From the NCBI GenBank assembly GCA_963833985.1, contig CAWIAD010000002.1:544001-608000 (forward strand): 64,000 bases of DNA. The letters run 5' to 3'. A program made the translations under genes and the position numbers. Source of the stretch: an uncultured Planctomycetaceae bacterium. Its GTDB lineage: Bacteria > Planctomycetota > Planctomycetia > Isosphaerales > Isosphaeraceae. Within the stretch, counting starts at the first letter, position 1, and each line of letters opens with the position of its first letter. Shown here piece by piece: positions 19,472 to 30,321 of this stretch. The notes under the pieces were generated by a model, which searched no databases, was not told the origin of the DNA, and saw only the letters and a program-made list of their open reading frames with translations.

Positions 19472-20523
19472 TCTCACGCGTGGCCGATCACTGTTTCTGG
19501 ATGAGCCGCTACCTCGAGCGGGCAGAGAACACGGCCCGCGTGCTGGAGGTCAACCAGACGCTCCTGCTCGATTTCCCCGTGCCCCTGGAGCAGCAATGGC
19601 AGCCGCTTCTCATCATCAGCGGCATCCACGACATGCCCAAGGACGCCGACGGCGAGCACGTGCAGCACCATCTCACCTGGGAGGCCTCGAATCATGCCAG
19701 CATCGCATCCTCGATCGCGGCTGCCCGCGAGAACGCCCGGAACATTCGCGAGGTGATCAGCGCCGAAAGCTGGGAGCGCCTGAACTATTATTATCTGTGG
19801 ATGCAAAGCAGCCAGGCGCAGTCGCTCTACCACGAAGACCGCAGCGCGTTCTACGGCCAGATCAAGCAGATCAACCAGCTCATGATGGGCATCAGCGAGG
19901 GGACCATGTCCCACGGCGAGGCCTGGGATTTCTTCCAGCTTGGCAAGTATCTCGAGCGCGCTTGCCAGACCGCGCGCATCCTCGACGTCAAGTACCACAT
20001 CCTGCTGCCGACCGTTGACCAGATCGGCACTCCCGTCGATCATGCCCACTGGGTGGCGATTCTCATGAGCTGCTCGGGCTATGAGCCGTTTCACAAGCAA
20101 CGTCCCGGCGCAGACCCCGGTACTGCCGTCTCCGAGTTCCTCATCTTCGACTCCATTTTCCCGCGATCGGTGCGCTTCGGCCTGGGCAAGTGCCGGACCG
20201 CGGCCTATTCGATTTCGGGCCGGCCCCTCGGCAGGCCGGGCAACCAGGTGGAGCGTGCGCTCGACGACCTGTTCGACTGGCTCAACCTGACGCGCATCGA
20301 CGACTTCGTCGAGGCTGGCCTGCACGAGGCGCTCACGAGCGTCATCGACCGGATCCACGGCATCGGCGATGCCATCCACCGCACGTACTTCGACCAGCGC
20401 GGCAGCGTGTCGTTTCCGGAACCGGTCGAAACCCACGCGAGGAAGCCGGCGCTCACCGCAACAGCTCAGGAGCGCTTACCGGCCTCGTTCTCCGCGGATG
20501 TGTCCCGCCATTCGACGTCGTGA
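19468..20523 (+). CDS. Alpha-E domain protein (DUF403)
   Basis: MISRVAD..FWMSRYLERAENTAR, ARENAR..RE.IS, GKYLERA.QTARILDVKY, FPRSV; ATGA overlap with the upstream gene. Confidence 0.93.
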   Translation: MISRVADHCFWMSRYLERAENTARVLEVNQTLLLDFPVPLEQQWQPLLIISGIHDMPKDADGEHVQHHLTWEASNHASIASSIAAARENARNIREVISAESWERLNYYYLWMQSSQAQSLYHEDRSAFYGQIKQINQLMMGISEGTMSHGEAWDFFQLGKYLERACQTARILDVKYHILLPTVDQIGTPVDHAHWVAILMSCSGYEPFHKQRPGADPGTAVSEFLIFDSIFPRSVRFGLGKCRTAAYSISGRPLGRPGNQVERALDDLFDWLNLTRIDDFVEAGLHEALTSVIDRIHGIGDAIHRTYFDQRGSVSFPEPVETHARKPALTATAQERLPASFSADVSRHSTS

Positions 20524-20585
20524 ACTTTCCAGGAACAACCGCGCGGGCGCCTCATCCAGTGCCAGTGCCAGGATAGCCACCCTCC

Positions 20586-23500
20586 ATGCCGATTCACGTT
20601 GCCCTGAACCACAAGACCTCGTATCGCTACCACAGGGAGGTGTCGCTCTTGCCCCAGGTGGTGCGGCTTCGTCCGGCGCCTCATTGCCGCACGCCCATCC
20701 TCAGCTATTCGCTGCGCGTCCTCCCCCAGCCCCATTTCCTGAACTGGCAGCAGGACCCATACAGCAACCATCTCGCCCGGCTGGTCTTCCCCAAGCCGGT
20801 CCGCGAGCTGTCCATCGAGGTGGACCTCGTCGCCGAGATGACGGTGGTGAACCCCTTCGATTTCTTCATCGAGGAATCGGCCGAGACCTGCCCGTTCCGG
20901 TATGACGCGGTCCTGGCCCGCGAGTTGATTCCGTACCTGGAAACCGAACCGGCCGGGCCACGCCTTCAGGCCCTCGTTCATGCGCTGCGGCGAAGCGACG
21001 TGCGCACCGTCGATTACATCGTCGAGCTGAATCGCAAGCTGCACGAGCAGATTCGCTACGTGATCCGGCTGGAGCCGGGCATCCAGCCCTGCGAGCAGAC
21101 CCTGGACCGGCAGAGCGGCTCTTGCCGGGACTCCGCCTGGCTGCTGGTGCAGGTACTGCGGCAGCTAGGGCTGGCGGCCCGGTTCGTCTCGGGATACCTG
21201 ATCCAGCTCAAAGCCGACGTCCCCGCGCTCGACGGCCCCTCGGGAACAGAGGTCGACTTCACCGATCTGCATGCCTGGACCGAAGTCTATCTCCCGGGAG
21301 CGGGCTGGGTGGGGCTTGACCCAACCTCGGGGCTGCTCGCCGGCGAGGGGCATATTCCGCTGGCCTGCACGGCCGAGCCGGGCTCCGCAGCACCCGTCAC
21401 GGGCTCCTACACCTGGAGCAGCCAGCCTGGCGAGGGCGAGCACGACACGTGTGAAGCCGCGTTCGAGCATCTCATGTCGGTGCAGCGCATCCATGAGGAT
21501 CCCCGGGTCACCCGGCCATACAGCGACGACCAGTGGCGGGCCATCGAGGCGCTCGGCCACACCATCGACGAGCGTCTCCGCGCCGGCGACGTCCGCCTGA
21601 CCATGGGCGGAGAGCCCACCTTCGTCTCGATCGACGACATGGACGGCGACGAGTGGAACACGGCCGCTCTGGGAGACGCGAAGCGCAAGCTTGCCGGCGA
21701 GCTGCTCAAGCGTTTGAAGCATCGGTTCGCTCCCGGAGCGATGCTCTATTACGGCCACGGCAAGCTCTACCCCGGCGAACCCTTGCCCCGCTGGTCGCTG
21801 GGCTGTTACTGGCGCAGCGACGGCCTGCCGGTCTGGGAGAACCCGGAACTCTTCGCCGACGAGGACCGCGATTACGGCCACACGCCGGCCGACGCCCAGC
21901 GCTTCATCACCAGGCTGGCGGAACGGCTGGGTGTGGATCCTGAGTGCGCGCAGCCCGCCTACGAAGACGTGCTCTACTACCTCTGGCGCGAGCAGCAACT
22001 GCCGACGAATCTGGATCCCCGCAGCAACAAGCTGGACGACCCCGTCGAGCGGCACCGCCTGACGCAGGTCTTCGATCGTGGCGTGAGCCAGGTGGTTTCC
22101 TATATCTTGCCGCTGAAAGCGCAACAGGCCCAGGCGCAGGCCCAGCCGCAAGCCGCGGCGAGCGGGGACCGGAGCCGCTGGATCAGCGACCGCTGGAACC
22201 TCCGCCGCGGCAGACTCTTCCTGTTGCCCGGCGACTCGTCGGTGGGTTTCCGCCTGCCCCTGGGTTCGCTTCCCTGGGCCACCGAGGAGGATCGCGAGCC
22301 TTTCATCGAGGTCGACCCTTTCGAGCCCCGGGCGCCGCTTCCCCCGCGTGATCCCCGGCCCGCGCAAGCGCAGAAAATCTCGACGATGACCGACACGCCA
22401 CGCCAGGGCGGCGAACCAGATTCCGGCGAGCTGCGCAGGCACTGGGCCGTCGGCCAGAGCATCTCGGGCGTGGTCCGCACCGCGTCTGCGCCGAGCCGCG
22501 TGATGGCAAGATTCACGTCTTCTTGCCGCCCCAGGAGCGGCTCGAAAGTTATCTCGAGCTGATCAGCGCCGTGGAGGCCACGGCCCAGGAACTGAGTCTG
22601 CCGGTGATCATCGAGGGTTATCGCCCGCCCACGGATCCCCGGCTCGAGCATTTCAGCATCACGCCCGACCCCGGCGTGATCGAGGTGAACATCCACCCGT
22701 CGCATTCGTGGGACGAACTGGTGACGCGGACGACGATCCTTTACGAGGAGGCCAGGCAGACGCGGCTGGCCACCGAGAAATTCATGCTCGACGGCCGGCA
22801 CACCGGGACCGGGGGCGGCAACCACGTGGTACTTGGCGGCCCCACGCCCGCCGACAGCCCGGTGCTGCGACGGCCCGACCTGCTACGCAGCCTGATCACC
22901 TACTGGCATAACCACCCGTCGCTCTCTTACCTGTTCTCGGGGCTCTTCATCGGCCCGCATAGCCAGGCCCCGCGGATCGACGAGGCGCGGAACGACAGCC
23001 TCTACGAGATGGAAATCGCCTTCCGCCAGATCCCGGACCGCGGCGGCGCTCCGCCCTGGCTGGTCGATCGCGTGTTCCGGCATCTGCTCGTCGACGTCAC
23101 CGGCAACACGCACCGCGCCGAGTTCTGCATCGACAAGCTCTATAACCCCGACTCTTCCAGCGGACGGCTGGGCCTGGTGGAGCTGCGCGCCTTCGAGATG
23201 CCTCCGCACGCGCGCATGAGCCTGGCCCAGCAGCTCCTGATCCGCGGTCTTGTCGCCCGCTTCTGGGAAAGCCCGATGATCGACCGGCTCATCCCCTGGG
23301 GCACCGACCTGCACGACCGCTTCCTGCTGCCGCACTTCGTCGACCTTGATTTCCAGGACGTGATCGCCGACATGCGGGCCGCGGGCTACGCGTTCCAGCA
23401 GGACTGGTTCGCGCCTCACTTCGAGTTCCGCTTTCCTCAGATCGGCTCGGTCATCGTGAGCGGGATTGTCCTGGAACTGCGTCAGGCCATCGAGCCCTGG

Positions 23501-23977
23501 CATGTACTGGGCGAGGAAACCACCAGCACCGGAACCGCTCGCTTCGTGGATTCCTCTGTCGAGAGAATCCAGGTCAAGGTTCAGGGTCTGACCGAGGGCC
23601 GGCAAGTCATCACCTGCAACGGCCGGCGCGTTCCTCTGCATCCGACCGGGAGTTGTGGCGAGTTCGTCGCGGGCATCCGCTACCGCGCCTGGCAGCCTCC
23701 CTCCTGCCTGCACCCGACGATCCCGATCCATTCACCGCTGGTCTTCGACATCTATGACCCCTGGCTGAAGCGGTCGGTCGGTGGCTGCACTTATCACGTG
23801 GTCCATCCCGGCGGCCGGTCCTACGACACATTCCCCGTGAACGCCAACGAAGCCGAGGGCCGCCGGCATTCCCGCTTCTTCCCGTACGGCCACACGCCGG
23901 GCACCATGGACGTACCTCCGCTCGAGCGGCACCCGGTCTCCCCCGTGACACTCGACCTCCGCCGGCCTCCCGGATGA
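20586..23977 (+). CDS. Transglutaminase-like protein fused to DUF2126 putative amidoligase (frameshift near 22485)
   Basis: [43 protein letters not shown] triad; [51 protein letters not shown] in the second frame. Confidence 0.92.
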
Positions 23978-24131
23978 ACGGCACCGCCATTCGTCGGCCC
24001 GGGATTCGAGGCCGCCGGGAACCGAAGCGATGGAGCGAACCGGCGAGCTGTCTATAATGCAGGTACAACCCGTTTCATCCCGGTTCGAGTCCATCCATTC
24101 ACAACCGGCTCTGCTCGCAAGGAGTCTCACG

Positions 24132-24851
24132 ATGATCCAGCGCCTGGCGGCGGGAACTCTTGGAATCGCCGTGGTTCTGACACTTGCTGGAATGGTGCAG
24201 ACCACGCCGCAAGCGAGACAGGCTCCAGCCCCGGCAGACAAGGACGGATCCAAGACCCGTACGGACCCGAGCGGTCCAAAATTGCAGGGGAAGACTCCCG
24301 AGAAGGATACGGCCGGCACCACGAAAAAGAAAACGATCGAGAAGGCCACCTTCGGCGGTGGCTGTTTCTGGTGCATGGAAGCGGTCTTCGAGCGCGTCAA
24401 GGGTGTCAAGATGGTCGTCTCGGGCTACGCGGGGGGCAATGTGCCGAACCCCACCTATGACCTCGTTTGCTCGGGACTGACCGGACACGCCGAAGTGGTC
24501 CAGATCACCTACGACTCATCCGTCGTCACCTACGAGAAGCTGCTTTCGATCTTCTGGGCGGCCCACGACCCGACGACGTTGAACCGCCAGGAAGACGACT
24601 TCGGCCCCAACTACCGCTCGATCATCCTCTATCACAACGACGAACAGAAAGAGGCCGCACTCAAGTCCTACCAGGATCTCACCCGGCGCAAGGTCTACCG
24701 ATCCCCCATCGTCACCGAGCTGGTTCCTTTCAACGTCTTCTATCCCGCCGAGCCATACCACCAGGATTACTACCGCACTCACCAGGGGAGCGAGTACAGC
24801 GATATCTATATCGTGCCCAAGCTCAGGAAGCTGAGGTCGAAGCTCAGGTAG
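24132..24851 (+). CDS. msrA: Peptide-methionine (S)-S-oxide reductase with N-terminal signal/anchor
   Basis: GGGCFWCMEAVF, GYAGG, TGHAEVVQ, HDPTTLNRQ, FYPAEPYHQDYY; hydrophobic N-terminus. Confidence 0.93.
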   Translation: MIQRLAAGTLGIAVVLTLAGMVQTTPQARQAPAPADKDGSKTRTDPSGPKLQGKTPEKDTAGTTKKKTIEKATFGGGCFWCMEAVFERVKGVKMVVSGYAGGNVPNPTYDLVCSGLTGHAEVVQITYDSSVVTYEKLLSIFWAAHDPTTLNRQEDDFGPNYRSIILYHNDEQKEAALKSYQDLTRRKVYRSPIVTELVPFNVFYPAEPYHQDYYRTHQGSEYSDIYIVPKLRKLRSKLR

Positions 24852-24890
24852 GGCATTGCCGGAACCGCTCGATCCGCGCGAAGAATGCGC

Positions 24891-24921
24891 TTGACCCTCA
24901 CGTTGCGTGAGGCCGTAGCAT
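24891..24921 (+). promoter_or_regulatory. MerR-type promoter/operator (19-bp spacer) for the TipA-like gene
   Basis: TTGACC (24891-24896), 19 bp, TAGCAT (24916-24921), with palindrome CCTCACG-TTG-CGTGAGG (24896-24912). Confidence 0.9.
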
Positions 24922-24966
24922 TCCCTCGTCGCATTTGCGTTTGCCGGACCAAGAGCGGAGTCGGCC

Positions 24967-25716
24967 ATGGGAACCGAGGCGCTGACGGTGGGAGAGCTGG
25001 CGCGGCGAGCCGGTCTCACGGTTCGCGCACTGCACCATTACGACGAGATCGGCCTGGTCAGGCCGTCCCGGCGCGGCGAGTCCGGATATCGCCTGTACTC
25101 GGCCCGGGACGTGGCACGGTTGCAGCAGGTCCTCGCGCTGCGGCGCCTCGGCTTCCGGCTGGACGAGATTCGAGATTGCCTCGACCGCCCCGATATTTCA
25201 CTTCGGAACCTGGTCGTCGCTCAGATCGAACAGCTCCGGCAGCGGATCACGCGGGAGCAAGATCTCTGCCGCCGGCTGGAGGCCATGCGCGACCGTCTGG
25301 ACGCGGCCGACCTGGTTTCGGTCGAGGAGATCCTTCAAACCATCGAGGTGATGACGATGATCGAGGAGTATTACACACCCGAACAGCGGGACTTCTTGAA
25401 CGAGCGCCGGGCGTTGCTTGGCGAGGAGCGGATGGGGCAGGTTCCGGGCGACTGGGAGCGGCTCATGACCGAGGTCCGGACCGAGCAGGAGCGGGGCACC
25501 GACCCGCTTGATCCTCGCGTGCTCGACCTGGCGCGGCGCTGGACTGCGCTGGTGCACGAGTTCACCGGGGGAGACGCCGGGATCTCCCAGTCCGTCGGGC
25601 GTCTCTGGAACGAGCAGGCGGACAAGCTCCTGGAGGAGCACCCCATGGAGAACGACCCGCGCGTGCTCATGACTTACCTGGGCCCCGCTCTGCAGGCTGT
25701 GCAAGGAACCGCCTGA
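24967..25716 (+). CDS. MerR-family regulator with TipAS-like effector domain
   Basis: LTVGELARRAGLTVRALHHYDEIGLVRPS.R.ESGYRLY HTH; C-terminal GTDP.DPRV..LARRW..LV.EFTGGD. Confidence 0.9.
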   Translation: MGTEALTVGELARRAGLTVRALHHYDEIGLVRPSRRGESGYRLYSARDVARLQQVLALRRLGFRLDEIRDCLDRPDISLRNLVVAQIEQLRQRITREQDLCRRLEAMRDRLDAADLVSVEEILQTIEVMTMIEEYYTPEQRDFLNERRALLGEERMGQVPGDWERLMTEVRTEQERGTDPLDPRVLDLARRWTALVHEFTGGDAGISQSVGRLWNEQADKLLEEHPMENDPRVLMTYLGPALQAVQGTA

Positions 25717-25898
25717 GCCTGCCAGCCTGGACCGGGTTTGCCCCGGCGACTGCCCGGGATCGCGGACCTTGGCTCCGGGCTGCCGGAGTGGTATGTTACT
25801 CGGGCATCCCCGGGTCCGCCTGGTGACGGCCTCTGCGGGCGGATTCCGCGGAGGCCGAGCGGGCTGGCCGGGGCTGGCTGTCAAGAAGGAGGTTCGCC

Positions 25899-26909
25899 AT
25901 GATACGCGTGGGAATTGTCGGTCTGGGGTTCATGGGACGCATGCATTATCGCTGCTGGAAAGCGATCCCCGGCGCGGCGGTCACGGCGATCTGTGAAGCC
26001 AACCCCAGGGTCCTGGCCGCCGCCGGCGAGCCCGCCGGGGGCAACGTGGGCGGAGCGGCCGACCACGTGGACCTCACCGGGCTCGACGTTCACACCGACC
26101 TGGGCGCGCTGCTTGCCTCCGGGTCGGTCGATGCCCTGTCCATCACGCTGCCCACGTTCCTGCACGCAGACACCACCATCCAGGCGCTCGAGGCCGGCGT
26201 GCACGTGCTCTGTGAGAAGCCCATGGCGCTCACCGTGGCGGACTGCGACCGCATGGCGGCCGCGGCCCGCGCCTCGGGCCGGGTGCTCCAGATCGGCCAT
26301 TGCATTCGCTTCTGGCCCGAGTATGTCGCCTCGCGCGGGCTCATCCAGAGCGGCCTGTTTGGCCGGCCCATTGGCGCGTCATTCCGCCGCTACACGTCCA
26401 TGCCCGCCTGGAGCCCCGATAGCTGGTTTGCCGACGAGAGCCGCAGTGGCGGCCAGCCGCTGGACCTGCACATTCACGACACCGACTATATACACCATGT
26501 TTTCGGCCTTCCCACCGCGGTGAGCAGCGTGGGCGACGCGCCGCAGACCTATATCTCGACGCAGTACCACTACCCCAACGGCCCGGCCATCGTGGCCGAG
26601 AGCACCTGGCGGATGGCCCCCACCTTCGGCTTCGAGATGAGCTTCGTGGTGGTCCTGGAACAGGCCACCATCCTCTACAACTCGTCCAGTACTCCGGCAA
26701 TCCGCGTCTTGACCACCGAGACGGCTCCACCGTTGCTGGAGGTCCCCGAGGGAGACGGCTACCAGCGCGAGATCGAGCACTTCGCCCGGGTCGTGGCCGG
26801 CGAAAACGTTGAGCCCATCATCACGCCCGAGCAAGCGCGCGATACGATTCGACTGGTGCTCGCCGAGAAGCAATCGGCGCGCGAAGGCCGGAAGATCGCG
26901 ATCGACTGA
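25899..26909 (+). CDS. Gfo/Idh/MocA family oxidoreductase
   Basis: VGIVGLGFMG, HVLCEKPMA, DLHIHD; AGGAGG RBS. Confidence 0.92.
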   Translation: MIRVGIVGLGFMGRMHYRCWKAIPGAAVTAICEANPRVLAAAGEPAGGNVGGAADHVDLTGLDVHTDLGALLASGSVDALSITLPTFLHADTTIQALEAGVHVLCEKPMALTVADCDRMAAAARASGRVLQIGHCIRFWPEYVASRGLIQSGLFGRPIGASFRRYTSMPAWSPDSWFADESRSGGQPLDLHIHDTDYIHHVFGLPTAVSSVGDAPQTYISTQYHYPNGPAIVAESTWRMAPTFGFEMSFVVVLEQATILYNSSSTPAIRVLTTETAPPLLEVPEGDGYQREIEHFARVVAGENVEPIITPEQARDTIRLVLAEKQSAREGRKIAID

Positions 26910-26968
26910 CACCCGCCGATGGAGCTGAGCCGGGGTGGAAACCGGCGCGGCCTGAACATGCCTGGCTC

Positions 26969-28087
26969 TCAGCTCATGGCCGCAACGGCCTCGAGGATGG
27001 CAGAGATGTAGCCGTAAGTGAAAGCGAAGGCCTGGAGGCTCTGGGAGTCGTCCGGGTGCGTCGGAACGTGATCAGGCATGAGCATAAACTCATAGCCAAC
27101 CTCGTGCAGCGTCCGCGCGACCGCGAGCATGTCCATGTCGCCCTCGTCCGGGAAAACCTCCTGGAAATCATCACGATGCCCGCGGATGTTGCGGAAATGG
27201 ATGTTGAAGATCTTTTTGCACCTGCCGAACTCGCGGATGATGTCGTGAATCTCCCGGCGCGGGTCCTGGAGCATCTCGGCCGTGGTTCCCAGGCAGAGGT
27301 TCAGACCGTGGTACGGGCTCTCCTGGATAGAGAGAAACCTGCGCAGGCCTGCGGGCGTTCCCAGCACGCGCACAATGCCCTGGAATCCCGCGGGCGGCAC
27401 GCCCGGATCATGCGGATGACACGCGGCCCGCACCTTGTATTCATTGCAGACGGGAATCACGCGGTCGAGAAAGTACGTGATTCGTTCCCAGGCCATGTCG
27501 GCCGAAACCTTCCCGGCCCGCGTCAAAGGAGGCTCTGCGCGTGCCTCGGCCAGCCGCCAGGTGCTGTAGCGTGAACCACCCCGGCCCGGTGTCGTGCCCG
27601 TACGCAAGACGCCCAGCAAGCTCATGTTGTACTTGAACGCCGGAATTCCGGCGCCCGCACAGGCCGCGATGATCTTCTGGATCTGTTCGATGTCACGGTC
27701 GCGCTCCGGGCTCTTGCCGAGCATGATCGCGCCCCGGCGCTCGCGGTCGATATGGCTGGACGTCAGGAATGGCAGCCCGATCATGTCCAGCGCGATGCCG
27801 TGCTGCTCGCAAAGGTCGCGCGTCCGTTTCAGGTCCTCAACACTCCACACGCCATCCCCGGCCTGGGCGGGCGGATAACCGCAGATATGGTTCACGCCAT
27901 GTCGCTTCAGATAATCGAGCATCCTCGGCGTCGTGGGCCCCTGCTGCGTTCCGAGGTGCATCTTCATAGGCGGGGCGGAACGCGCTTGCGATTCACCCTC
28001 GCCTCGAATCATCGCGCCAGCATGAACCCGCCCGCCAGGAAGCAGGGCCGCGGTACCCATGAGCGAGACAAACGATCTTCGCTTCAT
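26969..28087 (-). CDS. Mannonate dehydratase (UxuA) family protein with Tat signal
   Basis: MKRRSF Tat motif, ACHPHDP, GLNLCLGT, IHFRNIRG, FPDEGDMDM, MPDHVP. Confidence 0.85.
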   Translation of the reverse strand: MKRRSFVSLMGTAALLPGGRVHAGAMIRGEGESQARSAPPMKMHLGTQQGPTTPRMLDYLKRHGVNHICGYPPAQAGDGVWSVEDLKRTRDLCEQHGIALDMIGLPFLTSSHIDRERRGAIMLGKSPERDRDIEQIQKIIAACAGAGIPAFKYNMSLLGVLRTGTTPGRGGSRYSTWRLAEARAEPPLTRAGKVSADMAWERITYFLDRVIPVCNEYKVRAACHPHDPGVPPAGFQGIVRVLGTPAGLRRFLSIQESPYHGLNLCLGTTAEMLQDPRREIHDIIREFGRCKKIFNIHFRNIRGHRDDFQEVFPDEGDMDMLAVARTLHEVGYEFMLMPDHVPTHPDDSQSLQAFAFTYGYISAILEAVAAMS

Positions 28088-28875
28088 CTCGAGGTTCCTC
28101 TCCATTCGGTACTCGAGCAATCTCATTTTCGATGTCATCGCGGAAAGGCCGCTCTCTACACGATTGTGCGGCCGGCGAATTGCGGGCTCAAGCGGGTTGA
28201 GTCATGCTGAGGAGCGAAAGTCAAGAGGCGCTCTCAAGGCAGGAGCACGGCCATGACCAACTTCTCGTTTCACAAGGTGAGTGTTCTGTGCATCATGCTG
28301 AGCCTGGTCTGCGTGCTCCGGCTGGAGGCTGCCCCTGCTCCGGAGCCCATGTTCCAGGCCGGCTTCGCCGAGCGCGACATCTCGCCGGCGATCGGTATGG
28401 AACAGCCGGGCGGGTACGGCAAGGCGTATCATCAATCTTTTCATGATCCGTGCAAGGCCCGCGCCGCGGTGTTCGACGACGGCAAGGCTCGGCTGGCCAT
28501 CGTCGGGATGGATGCGCTGTTCATCCGCCGCCAGACCGTCCAGGAAATCCGGACGGAGATCCAGAAGCAATGCGGCATCGAGCCGGGGTCCATCCTCATC
28601 ACCGCCTCGCACACGCATTCGGGCGGACCGATCGGGTACTTTCTGCCGGGTGAGTTCGACGACGCGCCGCCTCTTGTGAAGTCGCTGGTTCACGACCGCA
28701 CCGTCTGTGCCGATCCCGCATACCTCGCCAGGGTCGAGCGGGCGGTCGTCGAGGCCGTGTGCGCGGCCGACACCGGCAGGACCAGGGTGCGCGGCAGCGT
28801 CGGGTTCGGACTTGAAGACAAGGTCGCGTTCAATCGCCGGTTCCGGATGAGGGTGGGTTATTCCATGACTCATCC

Positions 28876-30321
28876 CATAGCGTCCAACTTAAGGAATTTG
28901 GCCTAGAAAAAAAGAAAGGAAGTCCTTAATCCAGTTCGCGTTGTATCGAGCAAGCGCGTCCTGGAAGAAGGAGCTTCCGTTGGGGATCATAAACAAGGTG
29001 GCCGTGTTGTTGCAATCGAGCTTGGGTTCGAAACTCGACGAGATCGGTCGTGCGACGGGCGTGATCCGGCGGCAACGAAAATTCTCGGGCGCGTCGCTGC
29101 TCAAGACCATGGTTCTGACTGTGATGAAGACGCCTCGCCCCCATACCAACGACTTCGTCGCGACGGCGGCACTGCTGGGTGTGAACGTGACTGCCGAGGC
29201 GATCGAAAAGCGGTTCTCGGAGAAGCTCGTCGCGCACTTCGCGCGGGTTTGGAACACGTGTTGGAGTCCGTCGTGGAGGCGTCGGCGGCCGGCGTGGCGC
29301 TGCTGGACAAGTTCACCGCCGTCGTGATCGCCGACAGCACCACGGTGACCTTGCCCGACGAATTCGAGGCGGAATTTCCCGGCTGCGGTGGCAAAACGGG
29401 CAGTGGTAAGGCAGCGGTGAAAATTCAGGTGGCGTGGGAACTGCGCCGCGGTCAGTTGGAGAAGTTGGAGGTCCATCCCGGTCGTCACAGCGACGCCACG
29501 AGCGTGGACGTGGACGCACCAGTGGCCTCCGGATCGCTGACGCTCCGCGACCTGGGATACTTTTGCCTGGAGCGGTTCCGATCCATCGGCGCAAGGAGCT
29601 TATTGGATTTCGCGTTGGCAACACGGCACGGCCGTTTTCGACGCGGAGGGGCGGCGATGGGAGATGCTGGCGTTTCTCCGACGGCAACCCGCCGGCATGC
29701 CGGTCGACGTGTCGATCGCGGTGGGCGCGGCGGAGCGTCTGGGATGTCGGTTGATCGCCTTGCGAGTGCCTCCGGAGGTGGCGAACCGACGTCGGCAAGC
29801 GGCCTACGAAAAGGCTCAAAAACACGGCCGCGTGCCCACGCAAGAACATCTGGACTTGTGCGACTGGACGATTTTCCTGACCAACTGCCTGGCCGCACTT
29901 CTGACGTGGAAAGAGGTCGTGGTCCTGTATCGGACGCGCTGGCAAATCGAACTGCTGTTCAAACTTTGGAAATCTCACAACCACCTCGCCGAGTCGCGTG
30001 CACACTGGACCAGCATGGAACGCCTGGCGTTGTTCTGGGCGAAACTGATCGGCGTGGTGCTTCAGCATTGGCTGCTCCTGACCGCGAACGCGGCCGATCC
30101 CCGCCGCAGCCACTGGAAAGCGGCCCGCGTCATCCGGGACTGGATGGAATCCCTGACCCGAGCGTTGGATAACATCGACGAGCTCATACGCACCTTGAGA
30201 GACATGGCCACGACGATCGCCAGCGTCGCTCAGAAGAAACGTCGGAAGAAACGGCCCAGCCTATTCCAACTCCTTTTGGATCCAGAACTTCTGGAATGGA
30301 ATCCTTAAGTTGGACGCTATG
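28876..30321 (+). mobile_element. IS4-family (IS231-like) insertion sequence, 1446 bp
   Basis: 20-bp perfect IRs CATAGCGTCCAACTTAAGGA (28876-28895) / TCCTTAAGTTGGACGCTATG (30302-30321); direct repeat GGGTTATTCCATGACTCATCC at 28855-28875 and 30322-30342. Confidence 0.93.
28980..30308 (+). CDS. IS4-family DDE transposase, split by frameshifts near 29245 and 29590
   Basis: IRRQRKFSG, IADSTTVTLP, LRDLGYF, LYRTRWQIELLFKLWKS (YREK motif); stop codon inside the right IR. Confidence 0.88.
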
